64,000 nt of DNA from Candidatus Iainarchaeum sp. (GTDB taxonomy: Archaea > Iainarchaeota > Iainarchaeia > Iainarchaeales > JAGVWC01): positions 125,696-189,695 of the forward strand of contig JAGVWC010000009.1 of assembly GCA_018304465.1 (NCBI GenBank). Reading direction: 5' to 3'. The notes beneath the pieces were generated by a model, which saw only the letters and a program-made list of their open reading frames with translations, was not told where the DNA came from and ran no database searches. This document shows, piece after piece, positions 1-10,364 of the stretch (position 1 is its first letter; each line of letters starts with the position of its first letter). The position numbers and the translations under genes were made by a program.

Positions 1-3000
1 TCCACGCAAACCGCGATGGAAATCAACGATTTAAGCGTGCTTGAAAACGTCGAGCGAAAAGCCCGCATTTATTTCAAACCAGTCCAGGACGGCCCCGCGA
101 CGATTCACATGGAGTTTTTGGGCGAGGACGTCATCGTCAAAGAGGATTTCTTTTTCAATGTCGGCGAGGACAAAACCTTGTTCGTGGCGGTGGAACCCGG
201 AATCGTTAATCTGGGTTCTTCATTCAAAGTCATCGTAACGGACGACAAGAACAAAGGAGTCGAAAACGCCACGGTGCACATCCGCGATAATCTTAACGCG
301 ATCGCGTCAAGCATTGTCGGCAGTTCGTCGTTTGGAATGGGTCGCGGCGGAGAATACGGTTTTGGAACCACGATGGGCGCGGGAGAATTCACCGCTGAGG
401 TATCCGCGCCGGGTTACGAGCCGAAAACGGTTTCGTTTAGCATCAGCGCCAATGACGCGCTCAGATTGCCGGAAGAAATTATTTTGAAGATTCCGATGGG
501 ACAGCCCACCGCCAATATGGCCGTTGATTTGGAGAATATTTCCGCGGGAGTCATCCGCGATATTTCAACCGAAGTCCAGCAAAACGGTAGCTGGCCGTAC
601 GAGTTGTCCTTAAACGCGGGAACGGTTTCGAGTTTGCGCCAAGGACAAAAAGGAAAACTGGATGTCACGGGAACGTTTGCCGGGGACAGCAATCGCGTGG
701 TGCAAGGCGAAGCCGACGTAATCGTGAAAGGATACGTCACGGGCAAATATCCGGCGATCGCGTCCACGCACGTGATTGTGTCGTATAACCAGCCGTTGGA
801 TCCGCATTGTCTGGTGTTCGAACCCAAGGAATTGACCGTGTATTTGGCCGCCAACGCGCCGTATCCCGGCGTGGATGGTCTCTTAAGCCCGAACAAGTTT
901 TACTCGGATTACTCGAAATACAGCGCGTCGTACGCGCCGTATTATTCGAATACCCAGGACCAGTCGAATTACAATTCCCAGTTAAACCAAGGCCAATACG
1001 GCGCGTTGTATGACCAGTACAACACCAATGGCCAGATCAATTCGCAGATGGATCCGCGGTATTCACAGTACAACGATCCGGGATATACTCAAAACGGATC
1101 GCAGTTGTACGGCGGATCGTATTCCCAGCCCAGTAATTATTACGCGCCGTATTCGAACGTGTACGAGGATTACGATAACCAGCAAAAAGAACTGGAAATT
1201 CAGGTCAAAAACAATTGCGGCGTGGCACTGAACCTGACCGGCAAAGTTGTGGCCAAGCAAGGCGGAAACACGGACCCGTTTATTCAGGTAACGGCGCCGC
1301 CGCTGGTGTTGCAACCCAATGAATCCACGACCACGACGATTTCTGTTAGAAACCTGCGCGATCGTATCGTCAGCCGTCAGGAAACCCGAAACTTCGACAT
1401 AACGTATGCTTCGAACGCGAACCTCGCGACGCTTCCCTTGCATGTCGTGCTGTGGGATTCGCGATACGCCTTGGCGATGCGCGACAACATCGTCATGTAT
1501 TTGTCCCAAGGCGCCAAAGGCGAGCCCGTGATTTCGGCCGAACCGATTTTCGTTCGCAACGTGGGGCTTCAGGACATTGAAAACTTTAATATTTTCCTTT
1601 CCGGCGACACGTATCAAAATGGCGTGGACGTGCGGATCACACCCAGCGGAGACGTTCCGATCCTAGGACGAAACCAGGTGATTTTTCCCCCCAAGATGCT
1701 GGTCGCGGAACTGCGCGGCGGAACCGACAAAGGCCGCTTGATCCGCGCGCAAATCATCGCCACGGGAATGATTAACGGAAAAGAAATGGAACTTCGGCGC
1801 GCCAATGTGTGGATCAATGTCAGTGCGTACGAATGCCTGCGGATTTCGCCGGCGGAATCCCTTGATTTCGTCAGTCAGGAATCGCGCATCGGAACCATTG
1901 ACAAGAAAATCAAGGTGCGAAACACCTGCGAAGAAGCCGTGCGCGTCGCCGACATCCAACCCAACAAATTGGGCGCCAACGAGGTTTCGATTGTTCCGAT
2001 CGCAAGCGATATTCTCGCTCCTGACGCCGAAGCGGAGTTTTTGGTGCGCGTCGTCAAACGCCAGGATTACAAGAGCCAGAACCTGAATTTTTCGGTTGTT
2101 GGTCTCACCACGGTGTCGCGAAAATTCATCGGGTCCAATCGTCTTCATGCGCTCGTGGAACTCGGTCAAACCGCGGTGTCCACGGGGGTCTCGACCGAAG
2201 CCTACACGATCAACGTGTGCAAGGAAGACGGAACGATTTCCGCGGAAACCCGTCAAGTCAAATTCCCCAAAGTCGCGTCTACCGCCAATTGTGACAAGGC
2301 ATATTGTGACGCGGAACTTGCTGCCGAATACTTGTTGAAAAAACTGGATACCAAAATCGCCCAGGCGCGCAGCGCGATCGGATACGGAAACGGTGAAGTC
2401 ATGAATTTTTCGGATAACTGCATCGTGACCGCACAAAACCCCGTGTGTTCGTTCGGACAACTGGACCCAAAGATTCCGGAAACGTTTGACTTGTACCTGC
2501 AAAATGACCGCTTGTCCACGGACCTGTTGCAAAAAACGATTTCGGAAAAAGGAAGCGGAGAAATCAAGAATTATCAGGTGAATTATTGCGCCGGAAGCCG
2601 CTGTGACGCCCAGGCGATCGCCGCCACGGGCTACCCCAATTTGTTGATGGTAAGCGACAATATTCAGGGCTGCGGTCACTTTCGGGTTTCCATTGACGGC
2701 GCCGCGTTTGTGAACCAGAACCAGATTCGAACGGATGGATTCACGTTGGCCATTAACGTGTCGAATTACGCGGTGACCCCGGAGTGCGTGAACAAGATCC
2801 AAAACGTGCATAATTTCCTGCCGATCGACAAAACCCTGACCGCAAACAACGCGTACGGAACAATGATGGGAATGGCGGAAGCCGAAACCAAATTGCTGCC
2901 GCTTGCGGAATCGTTTGCCAAGGAGTTTTACGGAACAAGCGACGGACGTTTTTCGGAAAACAGCCAGGGAAACAAAGTACACATTGAAACCGGCGAAGTT

Positions 3001-4110
3001 CCCGGCGGAATTGTTAAAATCGGTTTGGACCCGCAGGGAACCGCAACCGATCCCAAAACGATTACCGCGACGATTAACCGCAGCATCGAAGGCGTGGATT
3101 TGACTCAAAACAACCAAAACGCGTTGTTCAAGGAAGCCGCGAACGCGTTTTCGGCTCTCAAAAGCCGCCAGATTCCGCTTGGAAAAGGATGTATTTCCCC
3201 CAACGAGGATTATTTCGTGTTGGGTTCCGCGGCCAAACTCGGGGACTTGACCGTTACCGGTCCTGACAAAATCGATGTGTTGCCGCAGTACGAAGCCTGC
3301 ATTGATCTGATCGTGAATTCCGAAATCCGAGAACAAGTGCGCTTGGAAACGAACGCCGAAGAATTGCTGCAATCAAGCAATGCGTTTGCGGAAATACTGT
3401 TAAAGAAAAAAACCGATCAGTCCTTGATAAAACCCAGCGACGACATCGTATTGGATGAGAATCCTGCGAGCAAAAAATACACGCAAGCGTTCCAATTGTG
3501 CGTCAAAGGAAGCGAATACTTCCAGTTTTCGGAATCCGCGTCCAAGATCAAGGTTTTGGCGCAATCCACCTTGGATACCGTGCGCAGAAGCAAGGAAAAA
3601 GAAATCGGCTTTCAGGCCTGCGGAATTCATCCGTATGATTTGGTGAACAAGCTGAACACGCTGGAACCCGGAAAAGAATATTACGCGACCGTGGGCTGGA
3701 AAGGCGATCCCAATGCCGTGACCTTGTCCGCCGTGATCAACGGAATGGCCGAAAAGAAATTGTTATCCAAAGAAAACACGTTGACCGGTTCCGGCGTGGA
3801 TGTCGCCAAGCAGGTTCCGGTTCAGGATGAAATCAAAAAACAAAACCTCGCGTCGATTCTCGGTTACTGGCCGGGCGGCGGCACCAAGGTGGCTAGCGCG
3901 TATCTTCCGACGTGTGTAGCCGTTTCCGCGGTCTGCAATGGTTTTAGAACCCTGGGACTCGGCGGATGGCTATGGGGCCCCATGTTTGACTGCGGATTAC
4001 CCGCGTTGTGGGCGATTTCCCCGCAAATCGGTTTGGAAGGCGCGCGCAACATGATTGAAAACGCGTTTGGTTCCTGCTGGGTCCAAGCACCACGCCAACG
4101 GACCCGTTAA
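1..4110 (+). CDS. Giant surface/envelope protein, paralog 1 (5' end outside the window; probably continues into 4134..5453)
   Basis: The frame is open from base 1. It has carboxypeptidase-regulatory/Ig-like segments (VTDDKNKGVENATVHI...EVSAPGYEP), a Y/Q/N-rich insert, and Cys motifs shared with the other giants (VKNNCG, YCDAELA..LLKK, YLQNDRLS). Confidence 0.85.
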   Translation, partial: STQTAMEINDLSVLENVERKARIYFKPVQDGPATIHMEFLGEDVIVKEDFFFNVGEDKTLFVAVEPGIVNLGSSFKVIVTDDKNKGVENATVHIRDNLNAIASSIVGSSSFGMGRGGEYGFGTTMGAGEFTAEVSAPGYEPKTVSFSISANDALRLPEEIILKIPMGQPTANMAVDLENISAGVIRDISTEVQQNGSWPYELSLNAGTVSSLRQGQKGKLDVTGTFAGDSNRVVQGEADVIVKGYVTGKYPAIASTHVIVSYNQPLDPHCLVFEPKELTVYLAANAPYPGVDGLLSPNKFYSDYSKYSASYAPYYSNTQDQSNYNSQLNQGQYGALYDQYNTNGQINSQMDPRYSQYNDPGYTQNGSQLYGGSYSQPSNYYAPYSNVYEDYDNQQKELEIQVKNNCGVALNLTGKVVAKQGGNTDPFIQVTAPPLVLQPNESTTTTISVRNLRDRIVSRQETRNFDITYASNANLATLPLHVVLWDSRYALAMRDNIVMYLSQGAKGEPVISAEPIFVRNVGLQDIENFNIFLSGDTYQNGVDVRITPSGDVPILGRNQVIFPPKMLVAELRGGTDKGRLIRAQIIATGMINGKEMELRRANVWINVSAYECLRISPAESLDFVSQESRIGTIDKKIKVRNTCEEAVRVADIQPNKLGANEVSIVPIASDILAPDAEAEFLVRVVKRQDYKSQNLNFSVVGLTTVSRKFIGSNRLHALVELGQTAVSTGVSTEAYTINVCKEDGTISAETRQVKFPKVASTANCDKAYCDAELAAEYLLKKLDTKIAQARSAIGYGNGEVMNFSDNCIVTAQNPVCSFGQLDPKIPETFDLYLQNDRLSTDLLQKTISEKGSGEIKNYQVNYCAGSRCDAQAIAATGYPNLLMVSDNIQGCGHFRVSIDGAAFVNQNQIRTDGFTLAINVSNYAVTPECVNKIQNVHNFLPIDKTLTANNAYGTMMGMAEAETKLLPLAESFAKEFYGTSDGRFSENSQGNKVHIETGEVPGGIVKIGLDPQGTATDPKTITATINRSIEGVDLTQNNQNALFKEAANAFSALKSRQIPLGKGCISPNEDYFVLGSAAKLGDLTVTGPDKIDVLPQYEACIDLIVNSEIREQVRLETNAEELLQSSNAFAEILLKKKTDQSLIKPSDDIVLDENPASKKYTQAFQLCVKGSEYFQFSESASKIKVLAQSTLDTVRRSKEKEIGFQACGIHPYDLVNKLNTLEPGKEYYATVGWKGDPNAVTLSAVINGMAEKKLLSKENTLTGSGVDVAKQVPVQDEIKKQNLASILGYWPGGGTKVASAYLPTCVAVSAVCNGFRTLGLGGWLWGPMFDCGLPALWAISPQIGLEGARNMIENAFGSCWVQAPRQRTR

Positions 4111-4133
4111 AAGCCCAGGCGCAAGAAGACATC

Positions 4134-5453
4134 GTGAATGGCGCCGTGGTTTCGGTCGGAGCAAAAACCTTATTGGGCGCCAGTTCCGAATTGTATTACG
4201 GAAATTATCGTTCGCCACTGCCGATTAACAGCGCGGCCCGCCAAATCTCCAATGACATCATTGACCAGGTCGTCACGGAAAAACTCGCCCCGATCGGAAC
4301 CCCGATCAAGGATTCTTCCGGCGCCGTAATCGGAGCCGTCAAAGCCAGTGATCACGCGGAATTCCGAAACATCTTAAAAGACAAACTCGAACCCGCGATC
4401 AAGGACGCGTTGGAAGAAAAAGGCGTCAAGAACCGCGTTCCGATTCCGGGCGCCGACAAAGTGCGAATCGCGTTAAACGATGAAAAACTCATCAACGAAG
4501 CCACGAGCACGGCGATCACGAAAGCCTCCGCGGATCTGGAAAAACCGCTGTCCGATTGGACGGTGTCGCATTCGAGCGTCTTCCAGGATCCCGTCAAGCT
4601 CGCCAAGCAAAGAGAACTCGTTTCAAGCGTCGTGGATTTATTCGGACAGGATCTTCCGCAAACCGGAAACGTCGTGGACCGGACCACGCTTGAACAAGTG
4701 TGGAACCAGCGCATGCTCGACGACTTGAAGTCTTACGGTTTGAAAGAAACCGACTTGGTTGGAACCAAATCGGTACAGCGACTGGTCGAGGAAAAAGTCC
4801 GCGCCGGCGTGATCACGGAAGGAATGCCAGTCGGGAAAAAAGTCGCGATTCAGCCGGTGTACAAATTGTTGGATCCGAAGAAAACCTACGCGAGTGTCAT
4901 CGGAGAAATTTATTCTAACGCGGAATTAGCCAAAAAACTGGATACGGGCTTTAAGGACCGTGCCGGAAAATTCGCCAAGGGATTGCTCGAAGGAAAAACC
5001 GGCGAAATCGGCGGGTTCACCCGATTCAGAAAATTCCTCGGTTCGATGGCGCGGGGTCTTGCGTGCGGTTTCATTTCGAACGCCGCGGGTCTTTGGATGT
5101 ACAAACAAGGATTGGCGGAAAACCTGAATCTGCCCGATGATAAGATCTCGGTTAAGGGACCGGCGAAAGTCAGTCCGACCGGTGGGTTGGTCGTGGACGG
5201 AACCGGAAACATCAACACGGACGCGGAGCTCTTGCGCGGACACACCTACAAAATCGTGTCGAAAAAAACCGACGACAAAACGCGTTCGATTGAAATCACG
5301 AAAGTCGCGAATATTTCGGAGCTGTCAAAGGTCCCCAAAGACGCCTGGCTTAACACGGATTGCACCGGAAAATTCGGGCAAAAAGACTTAAGCGAAGTCC
5401 TCAACGCAAAGGCGCTTGTGGGCGTAAACCTCTCGTCCACGAGAGCGTCATAA
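4134..5453 (+). CDS. Probable C-terminal part of paralog 1 (frameshifted), or a separate hypothetical protein
   Basis: The -1 frame is open from 4059 and reads FLLGPSTTPTDPLKAQAQEDIVNG. The start is a weak GTG. It contains a hydrophobic Cys segment (LGSMARGLACGFISNAAGLW). Confidence 0.7.
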   Translation: MNGAVVSVGAKTLLGASSELYYGNYRSPLPINSAARQISNDIIDQVVTEKLAPIGTPIKDSSGAVIGAVKASDHAEFRNILKDKLEPAIKDALEEKGVKNRVPIPGADKVRIALNDEKLINEATSTAITKASADLEKPLSDWTVSHSSVFQDPVKLAKQRELVSSVVDLFGQDLPQTGNVVDRTTLEQVWNQRMLDDLKSYGLKETDLVGTKSVQRLVEEKVRAGVITEGMPVGKKVAIQPVYKLLDPKKTYASVIGEIYSNAELAKKLDTGFKDRAGKFAKGLLEGKTGEIGGFTRFRKFLGSMARGLACGFISNAAGLWMYKQGLAENLNLPDDKISVKGPAKVSPTGGLVVDGTGNINTDAELLRGHTYKIVSKKTDDKTRSIEITKVANISELSKVPKDAWLNTDCTGKFGQKDLSEVLNAKALVGVNLSSTRAS

Positions 5454-5463
5454 AAAAGAGGCA

Positions 5464-8400
5464 ATGGTTCAGGTCACTTGGGTGAACGCGATTGGAAAAA
5501 TACTTACGATTCCTTTTTTTGTATTAATCATTAGCGGCTTTTTGTTTTTTCTGGTTTCGCAAACCAATCTGCTTTCAAACCAAAATCCAATAATTGACCA
5601 AAATGAGCAAGTCTGTGGAAACCGTGTTTGTGAATCCAACGAAAACAGTTTTACTTGTTTGTTGGATTGTTTTGCATGTAACGAAAACGGAACCTGTGAA
5701 ACCGAGATTGAAGAAAACGATTACTCATGCGAAAAAGATTGTCCGATCAGGGTGTGCAATAATGACGGAAAATGCGATCCGAAAGAAAGCCCAACCGATT
5801 GTCCAATCGACTGCGAACCAAAAACCGGCCCGTGCATCAAAGACGGATTCTGCAACAAAATCATTGGCGAAACAGTGGAAATGTGCCCGGAAGATTGCAC
5901 GGTCTTGCCCCCGGCATGCGGAGACGCAAAATGCAACGGTTCCGAAACCTGCTTTGGTTGCCAAACCGATTGCGGTTCCTGTCCCTTCAATCCAACATGC
6001 GGAAACAACATTCCTGAAGGAACCGAAGTGTGTGACGGAACCGCATTAAACGGTCAATCCTGTCAAACCAAAGGATTCGCAAGCGGAATTCTAACCTGCT
6101 TTTCCTCTTGCGATGATTTTAACACCGTCAACTGCGCGACACCGCTTCCACCTTGCGATGAAAACTGGAGCTGTGGACAATGGTCTACTTGCTCGAGCAG
6201 AGTACAAAACCGAACCTGTACTGACACCAACGGATGCAGCACCACCATTGAACAACCCGCCTTAACCCAAACCTGCAATAACGCGGTATGCGGAAACAAC
6301 TTTCGCGAAGAAGCGGAAATCTGTGACGGAACCGATTTGAATGGGCAAACCTGTCAAAGTCAAGGATTCGCCAATGGCAACGTGGCTTGCGCAACCAACT
6401 GCCAGTCATTCAACATGACAAACTGCGTCGGCGCTTCAAACGTCGAATGCGGAAATGGACTCATTGAAACCAACGAAGCTTGCGACGATTCCGACACCTC
6501 GTCCGGAGACGGTTGCAGTTCGAGTTGTCAAGTCGAATCCGGATACTGGTGCACCCGTCAACCGAGTATTTGTCAAGCCGGCGCCTGGGCCGCGCCCATC
6601 GGAATTCCAACCCCCGGATTCGGAATCGAAGAAACCTACCGAATCTACGACGACCCAACCCACCGGAATCCGGGCGTACACTACACTCAAAACGAAGAAG
6701 GGGGATACTACACGCATTACATCGATGCGACGCGTTTGACAGCAACGGATGTGGACAACCCGTTTGGATCCGTTTCAAAGCCCCGCAAAACTATTCCAAG
6801 AAACCTGTCGGCTGGAAGCGTCGTCGAGATCCATACCAGTACGCTTGCGAACTATCAAAGCAGGATCGTCGTGTCCGGTGAAGGAACGCCGCTGCAACCG
6901 ATTTTTATTCGAGGACCCGATTCTTTGCACAAACCGGTTTTGAACAACACGGTGGAAGTCGGATTTATCGATCGAAACGGAAGGTACATCATCATTGAAA
7001 ACCTGGACGCCCCTCACATTTCGATTCGGTCAAGAGGCGTAGACGATTACAAGGCCGATCACATCGCTGTTCGGCATTCCGAGATTCATCATGGCTCGGG
7101 AACAAGTGCAAATGCCTATTCTTCCGACATCGTGATTTTCAATAACCATATTCACGATGGGGGCGATTGGACTGCGGATTATGAAAGCAACGTGTCCGGT
7201 GTTTCGGCGGGTTCAAACACCCTGCGAGTCTGGATTTTGGATAATGACATTCATCATTTCGGAAGCGATTCCATGATCATCAGCGGTGCGGGGGTGTTGT
7301 ACGAAAACGCCGCTCGTTTCATTTACATTGGACGGAACAATTTGCATCACAACGGCGAGAACGCGGTTGATGTCAAACGTGCGCGTGATGTCATCATTTC
7401 CCAGAACACGATCCATGATTTTCGCGAACCATACGCGGTCGGCGGAAGCGCGGCGAGCCGCCCGGGAATTGTTATTCACGATCGTCCGGAAAACGTTTGG
7501 ATTTTGTTCAATCGTTTTTACAATATTGGAAACGCGGTGACCGCAGCAACCGAACGGGGAACGTTGGCCATGATTGGAAACGTGGTGCAAGAAGGGGGCG
7601 ATAACCGACCCATTGTCCAGCTGAGCGCCGGCGATAGTGACCTGGGTTACAAGAGCAAGATCATTTTTGCGCACAATACGTTGTTCAATGTGGCCAACGG
7701 GCTGTCCTTAGGAGGAAACGACACGATTTCCGTTGGCGGAAACATCATTGACGGCATCAGTCAAAATTCTAGCAGCCAGCACATCCGATTCTCGGGGCCC
7801 GTGGACAGTCCGTGGAACCTGAATTACTCTTTGTTCGGCGGCCCCGGCACGAAAGCCAAGATCGGCTGGGGAACCTCGGTTTCTCGCGATGTTGTAACAC
7901 TTGGACAGGATTATTCCGGACAATGCGCCGGCTGTCTGGAAACCAGCCCCCAATTCGTCAATGCTCCGTTTTCCAGTGTTTGGGTGGATACGTTTTTCAA
8001 AGCAACGTATTCGAATGCGGAAATGACCGAAATCAATCGCACCGGTGTCCCGGATTCCGCCCGCATCCGAACCACACTGCGAGTGCCAGGGCAGGATTTT
8101 TCCGCGGTGGGAATTCGAATCGGAGATCATGTGAAAATGAACAGCGGAACGGGCGTGGTTACCTCTTTACTTTCAACCGACAATCCCAACCTCAAGATTG
8201 GTGCAATCAATGGTGACACCCTTACGCTGAACCGAGACATTACCCTTTCGCCTTCCTCGGACGTATCGTTTTCGGTTTCGTATTATCCAACCACCCGAAC
8301 CGACGTGTATCTTGCGGACGTATCCGGTTTTGCTGTGGGGGACAAGGTAGAATTTGGAAACGACAACGTCGCACGCACCGTCTCTGCCATCACAGCGGAC

Positions 8401-8664
8401 AGCAAGGGATCAAAAATCGTTTTTTTCCCTCCCACTCCAGACCCCATTTATCCCTATCGTTTTTTATCCAACTGGAAGCAAAACACCCGTGTGGTGGAAG
8501 ATTTCCGAGTGAAGTCCGCTTCGCTTGCCGAAAACGCAAGCATCGAAGGCAACTACTACGCGTTATTCGAGTCACTGTACGGGATTGACATCCGAAAAGA
8601 TTTCGATGGAAAAATCCGTCCGCGGGGAAGCCAGTGGGACATCGGGGCATTCGAACGTTCGTAA
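5464..8664 (+). CDS. Membrane-anchored Cys-rich repeat protein with a right-handed beta-helix (pectin-lyase-like) domain
   Basis: N-terminal TM helix, then CGN..E.CD repeats (DUF4215-like CGNGLIETNEACDDSDTSSGDGCSSSC), a TSP1-like WSCGQWSTC motif, beta-helix repeats (IFNNHIHD, ILDNDIHH, ISQNTIHD) and a C-terminal DFDGKIRP...WDIGAFE motif. Confidence 0.8.
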   Translation: MVQVTWVNAIGKILTIPFFVLIISGFLFFLVSQTNLLSNQNPIIDQNEQVCGNRVCESNENSFTCLLDCFACNENGTCETEIEENDYSCEKDCPIRVCNNDGKCDPKESPTDCPIDCEPKTGPCIKDGFCNKIIGETVEMCPEDCTVLPPACGDAKCNGSETCFGCQTDCGSCPFNPTCGNNIPEGTEVCDGTALNGQSCQTKGFASGILTCFSSCDDFNTVNCATPLPPCDENWSCGQWSTCSSRVQNRTCTDTNGCSTTIEQPALTQTCNNAVCGNNFREEAEICDGTDLNGQTCQSQGFANGNVACATNCQSFNMTNCVGASNVECGNGLIETNEACDDSDTSSGDGCSSSCQVESGYWCTRQPSICQAGAWAAPIGIPTPGFGIEETYRIYDDPTHRNPGVHYTQNEEGGYYTHYIDATRLTATDVDNPFGSVSKPRKTIPRNLSAGSVVEIHTSTLANYQSRIVVSGEGTPLQPIFIRGPDSLHKPVLNNTVEVGFIDRNGRYIIIENLDAPHISIRSRGVDDYKADHIAVRHSEIHHGSGTSANAYSSDIVIFNNHIHDGGDWTADYESNVSGVSAGSNTLRVWILDNDIHHFGSDSMIISGAGVLYENAARFIYIGRNNLHHNGENAVDVKRARDVIISQNTIHDFREPYAVGGSAASRPGIVIHDRPENVWILFNRFYNIGNAVTAATERGTLAMIGNVVQEGGDNRPIVQLSAGDSDLGYKSKIIFAHNTLFNVANGLSLGGNDTISVGGNIIDGISQNSSSQHIRFSGPVDSPWNLNYSLFGGPGTKAKIGWGTSVSRDVVTLGQDYSGQCAGCLETSPQFVNAPFSSVWVDTFFKATYSNAEMTEINRTGVPDSARIRTTLRVPGQDFSAVGIRIGDHVKMNSGTGVVTSLLSTDNPNLKIGAINGDTLTLNRDITLSPSSDVSFSVSYYPTTRTDVYLADVSGFAVGDKVEFGNDNVARTVSAITADSKGSKIVFFPPTPDPIYPYRFLSNWKQNTRVVEDFRVKSASLAENASIEGNYYALFESLYGIDIRKDFDGKIRPRGSQWDIGAFERS

Positions 8665-8754
8665 CTTTTTCGGTCTTTTTTTCGGCAAAAAGATTTGGCG
8701 ACAATCAACCGCGGAAATTAAATACTTCTTTCTTGTTTTATCTTTCGAAAGCGT

Positions 8755-10257
8755 ATGAATCAGCGGGCGTTCAATTTATTCACGGCGTTGGTTTCGTTTG
8801 TCCTCATCATGCTGGCCGTGCTCATGGTCAACACCATGACGCGAACCGAAGAACGCGCCATCGCGACGGTCGCGGATCTGCAACAGCAATCCGAAATGCA
8901 GACGATTGCGGACCTGCGCCGCGGAGACGCGTTTCAGTACGTGGTGTTTCGGATCCGGCATTTGATGGAAGAATATTTTTTCCGCACTGACGTGTATATT
9001 CCCGTGCAAAAAGGGAGAACCTGGGACCAGATGGTCTATGACGATTTCGCGTGCGCGCGCATGGGCGTGAATTGCGGAAGCGATCCGGGAGACGCGGATC
9101 GGGTACAGTTGGCGAACTGGATTTCGGACGCGATCACGGGAATGCTTTATGAAGGCGAGTCGCGCGGACCGTATCTGGTTTCGTTGGAAGGATACGGCGC
9201 GGAAGGATTGATCGCAAAACCCAATTTCGAACGGGCCTTGACCGAAGCATTGCGATACGAGGATGCGACCGGAACGGATCCGCATCCGGTGTTCGAGCTC
9301 GTGGACTGCGCGTATGACGAAACGGATCCGAATTGGCGTCGCGATTGTCCCGGCGGAACGTTTTACATCAATTTGCGTTTTGACAAAATCGACAACGCGA
9401 CGTACGAAGCCTTGCCGCGCATCGTGGTGACGGATTACAACGTGACGGGCGCGGTACTCAAAACCAGCGTGTTGCCGCGTTCGAATCTGCGCGTGTTCGT
9501 TCCCTTGCGCGTATTCCAGACATTGGCGCGATCCAAGGAAATCGCGGACAAAACCTTGTTCACGCCGCACATGGAAACCACGTTGTCGAACATGCATATC
9601 GGCGTGTGCGATGTGAGCAGTTGTGCGATCGAACGCAGGTTGAGTTCTCCGCAGCCGTCGATTCCGATTCCGGCTGGAACTGGCTGCGCGGGAACCACGG
9701 ATACCGCGACGTATCATTTTGCCAAACCCGGCGCGCAGCCGCTGCCGTTGCCCACGGTTCCGGCGTCGATCATCAATTTTGATCCGAACTCTCCTGCGGA
9801 TATGGTGGAAAAACTCGCGGATTACGCGCGCCGATGGATTTGCGAAACCGCGCGGGTACCACTGGCCGCCGAACTTGTTTCGGATCCCGCGGAAAGAGAT
9901 TTGAAATTGTTGACGAATCCCGCCGACAACTGTGTGTTCGTGAACACGACGCTTCGCCCAAACGCCGAGTCGCGTCCGATTATGATGCGCTGGGGCGGTG
10001 TGAAACAATTCCCCGCAAACCAGGCGTTTTGCACGATGTTTGGCACCGCAGGCAGTTCCGCGTACCAGACGTACGCGAGTTTGTCGTTTTTGGAACAAAA
10101 CGAAAATTACAAAGTGCGGAAAAACTCGAGCGGAACCTACAACGTGCGGATTTATCCGTCGTGGCCGACCAAACCGAAACCGAACTTCGGAACGTGTTAT
10201 GACGACTGCGATCCGGATGATTTGACGATCTGCGGAAGCGTTTCGTGCAATCCTTAA
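8755..10257 (+). CDS. Secreted or membrane-anchored protein with a class III (pilin-like) signal sequence
   Basis: MNQRA|FNLFTALVSFVLIMLAVLMV is followed by a long helix and a Cys-rich globular domain. Confidence 0.65.
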   Translation: MNQRAFNLFTALVSFVLIMLAVLMVNTMTRTEERAIATVADLQQQSEMQTIADLRRGDAFQYVVFRIRHLMEEYFFRTDVYIPVQKGRTWDQMVYDDFACARMGVNCGSDPGDADRVQLANWISDAITGMLYEGESRGPYLVSLEGYGAEGLIAKPNFERALTEALRYEDATGTDPHPVFELVDCAYDETDPNWRRDCPGGTFYINLRFDKIDNATYEALPRIVVTDYNVTGAVLKTSVLPRSNLRVFVPLRVFQTLARSKEIADKTLFTPHMETTLSNMHIGVCDVSSCAIERRLSSPQPSIPIPAGTGCAGTTDTATYHFAKPGAQPLPLPTVPASIINFDPNSPADMVEKLADYARRWICETARVPLAAELVSDPAERDLKLLTNPADNCVFVNTTLRPNAESRPIMMRWGGVKQFPANQAFCTMFGTAGSSAYQTYASLSFLEQNENYKVRKNSSGTYNVRIYPSWPTKPKPNFGTCYDDCDPDDLTICGSVSCNP

Positions 10258-10364
10258 GCAAACCATTAAAAACGTTAAAACCCATGAAATTGCAGTTTTC
10301 CCGAGAATGGGCGGGAAAAAGATTAAAATACACCATTAATCTACTATAATGAGAAAGTGAGTCC

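Noticed and set aside
1663-3372. 569-aa antisense ORF
   Set aside because: A shadow of the giant + strand gene. Codon bias depletes antisense stops, and the product has no protein-like motifs.
5600-6580. Repetitive DNA suggesting a repeat array or CRISPR
   Set aside because: These are degenerate Cys-rich protein repeats in frame, with no constant repeat-spacer period.
8776-10266. 496-aa antisense ORF mirroring 8755..10257
   Set aside because: An R/H-rich shadow frame. The + strand ORF has a signal sequence and fits the operon.
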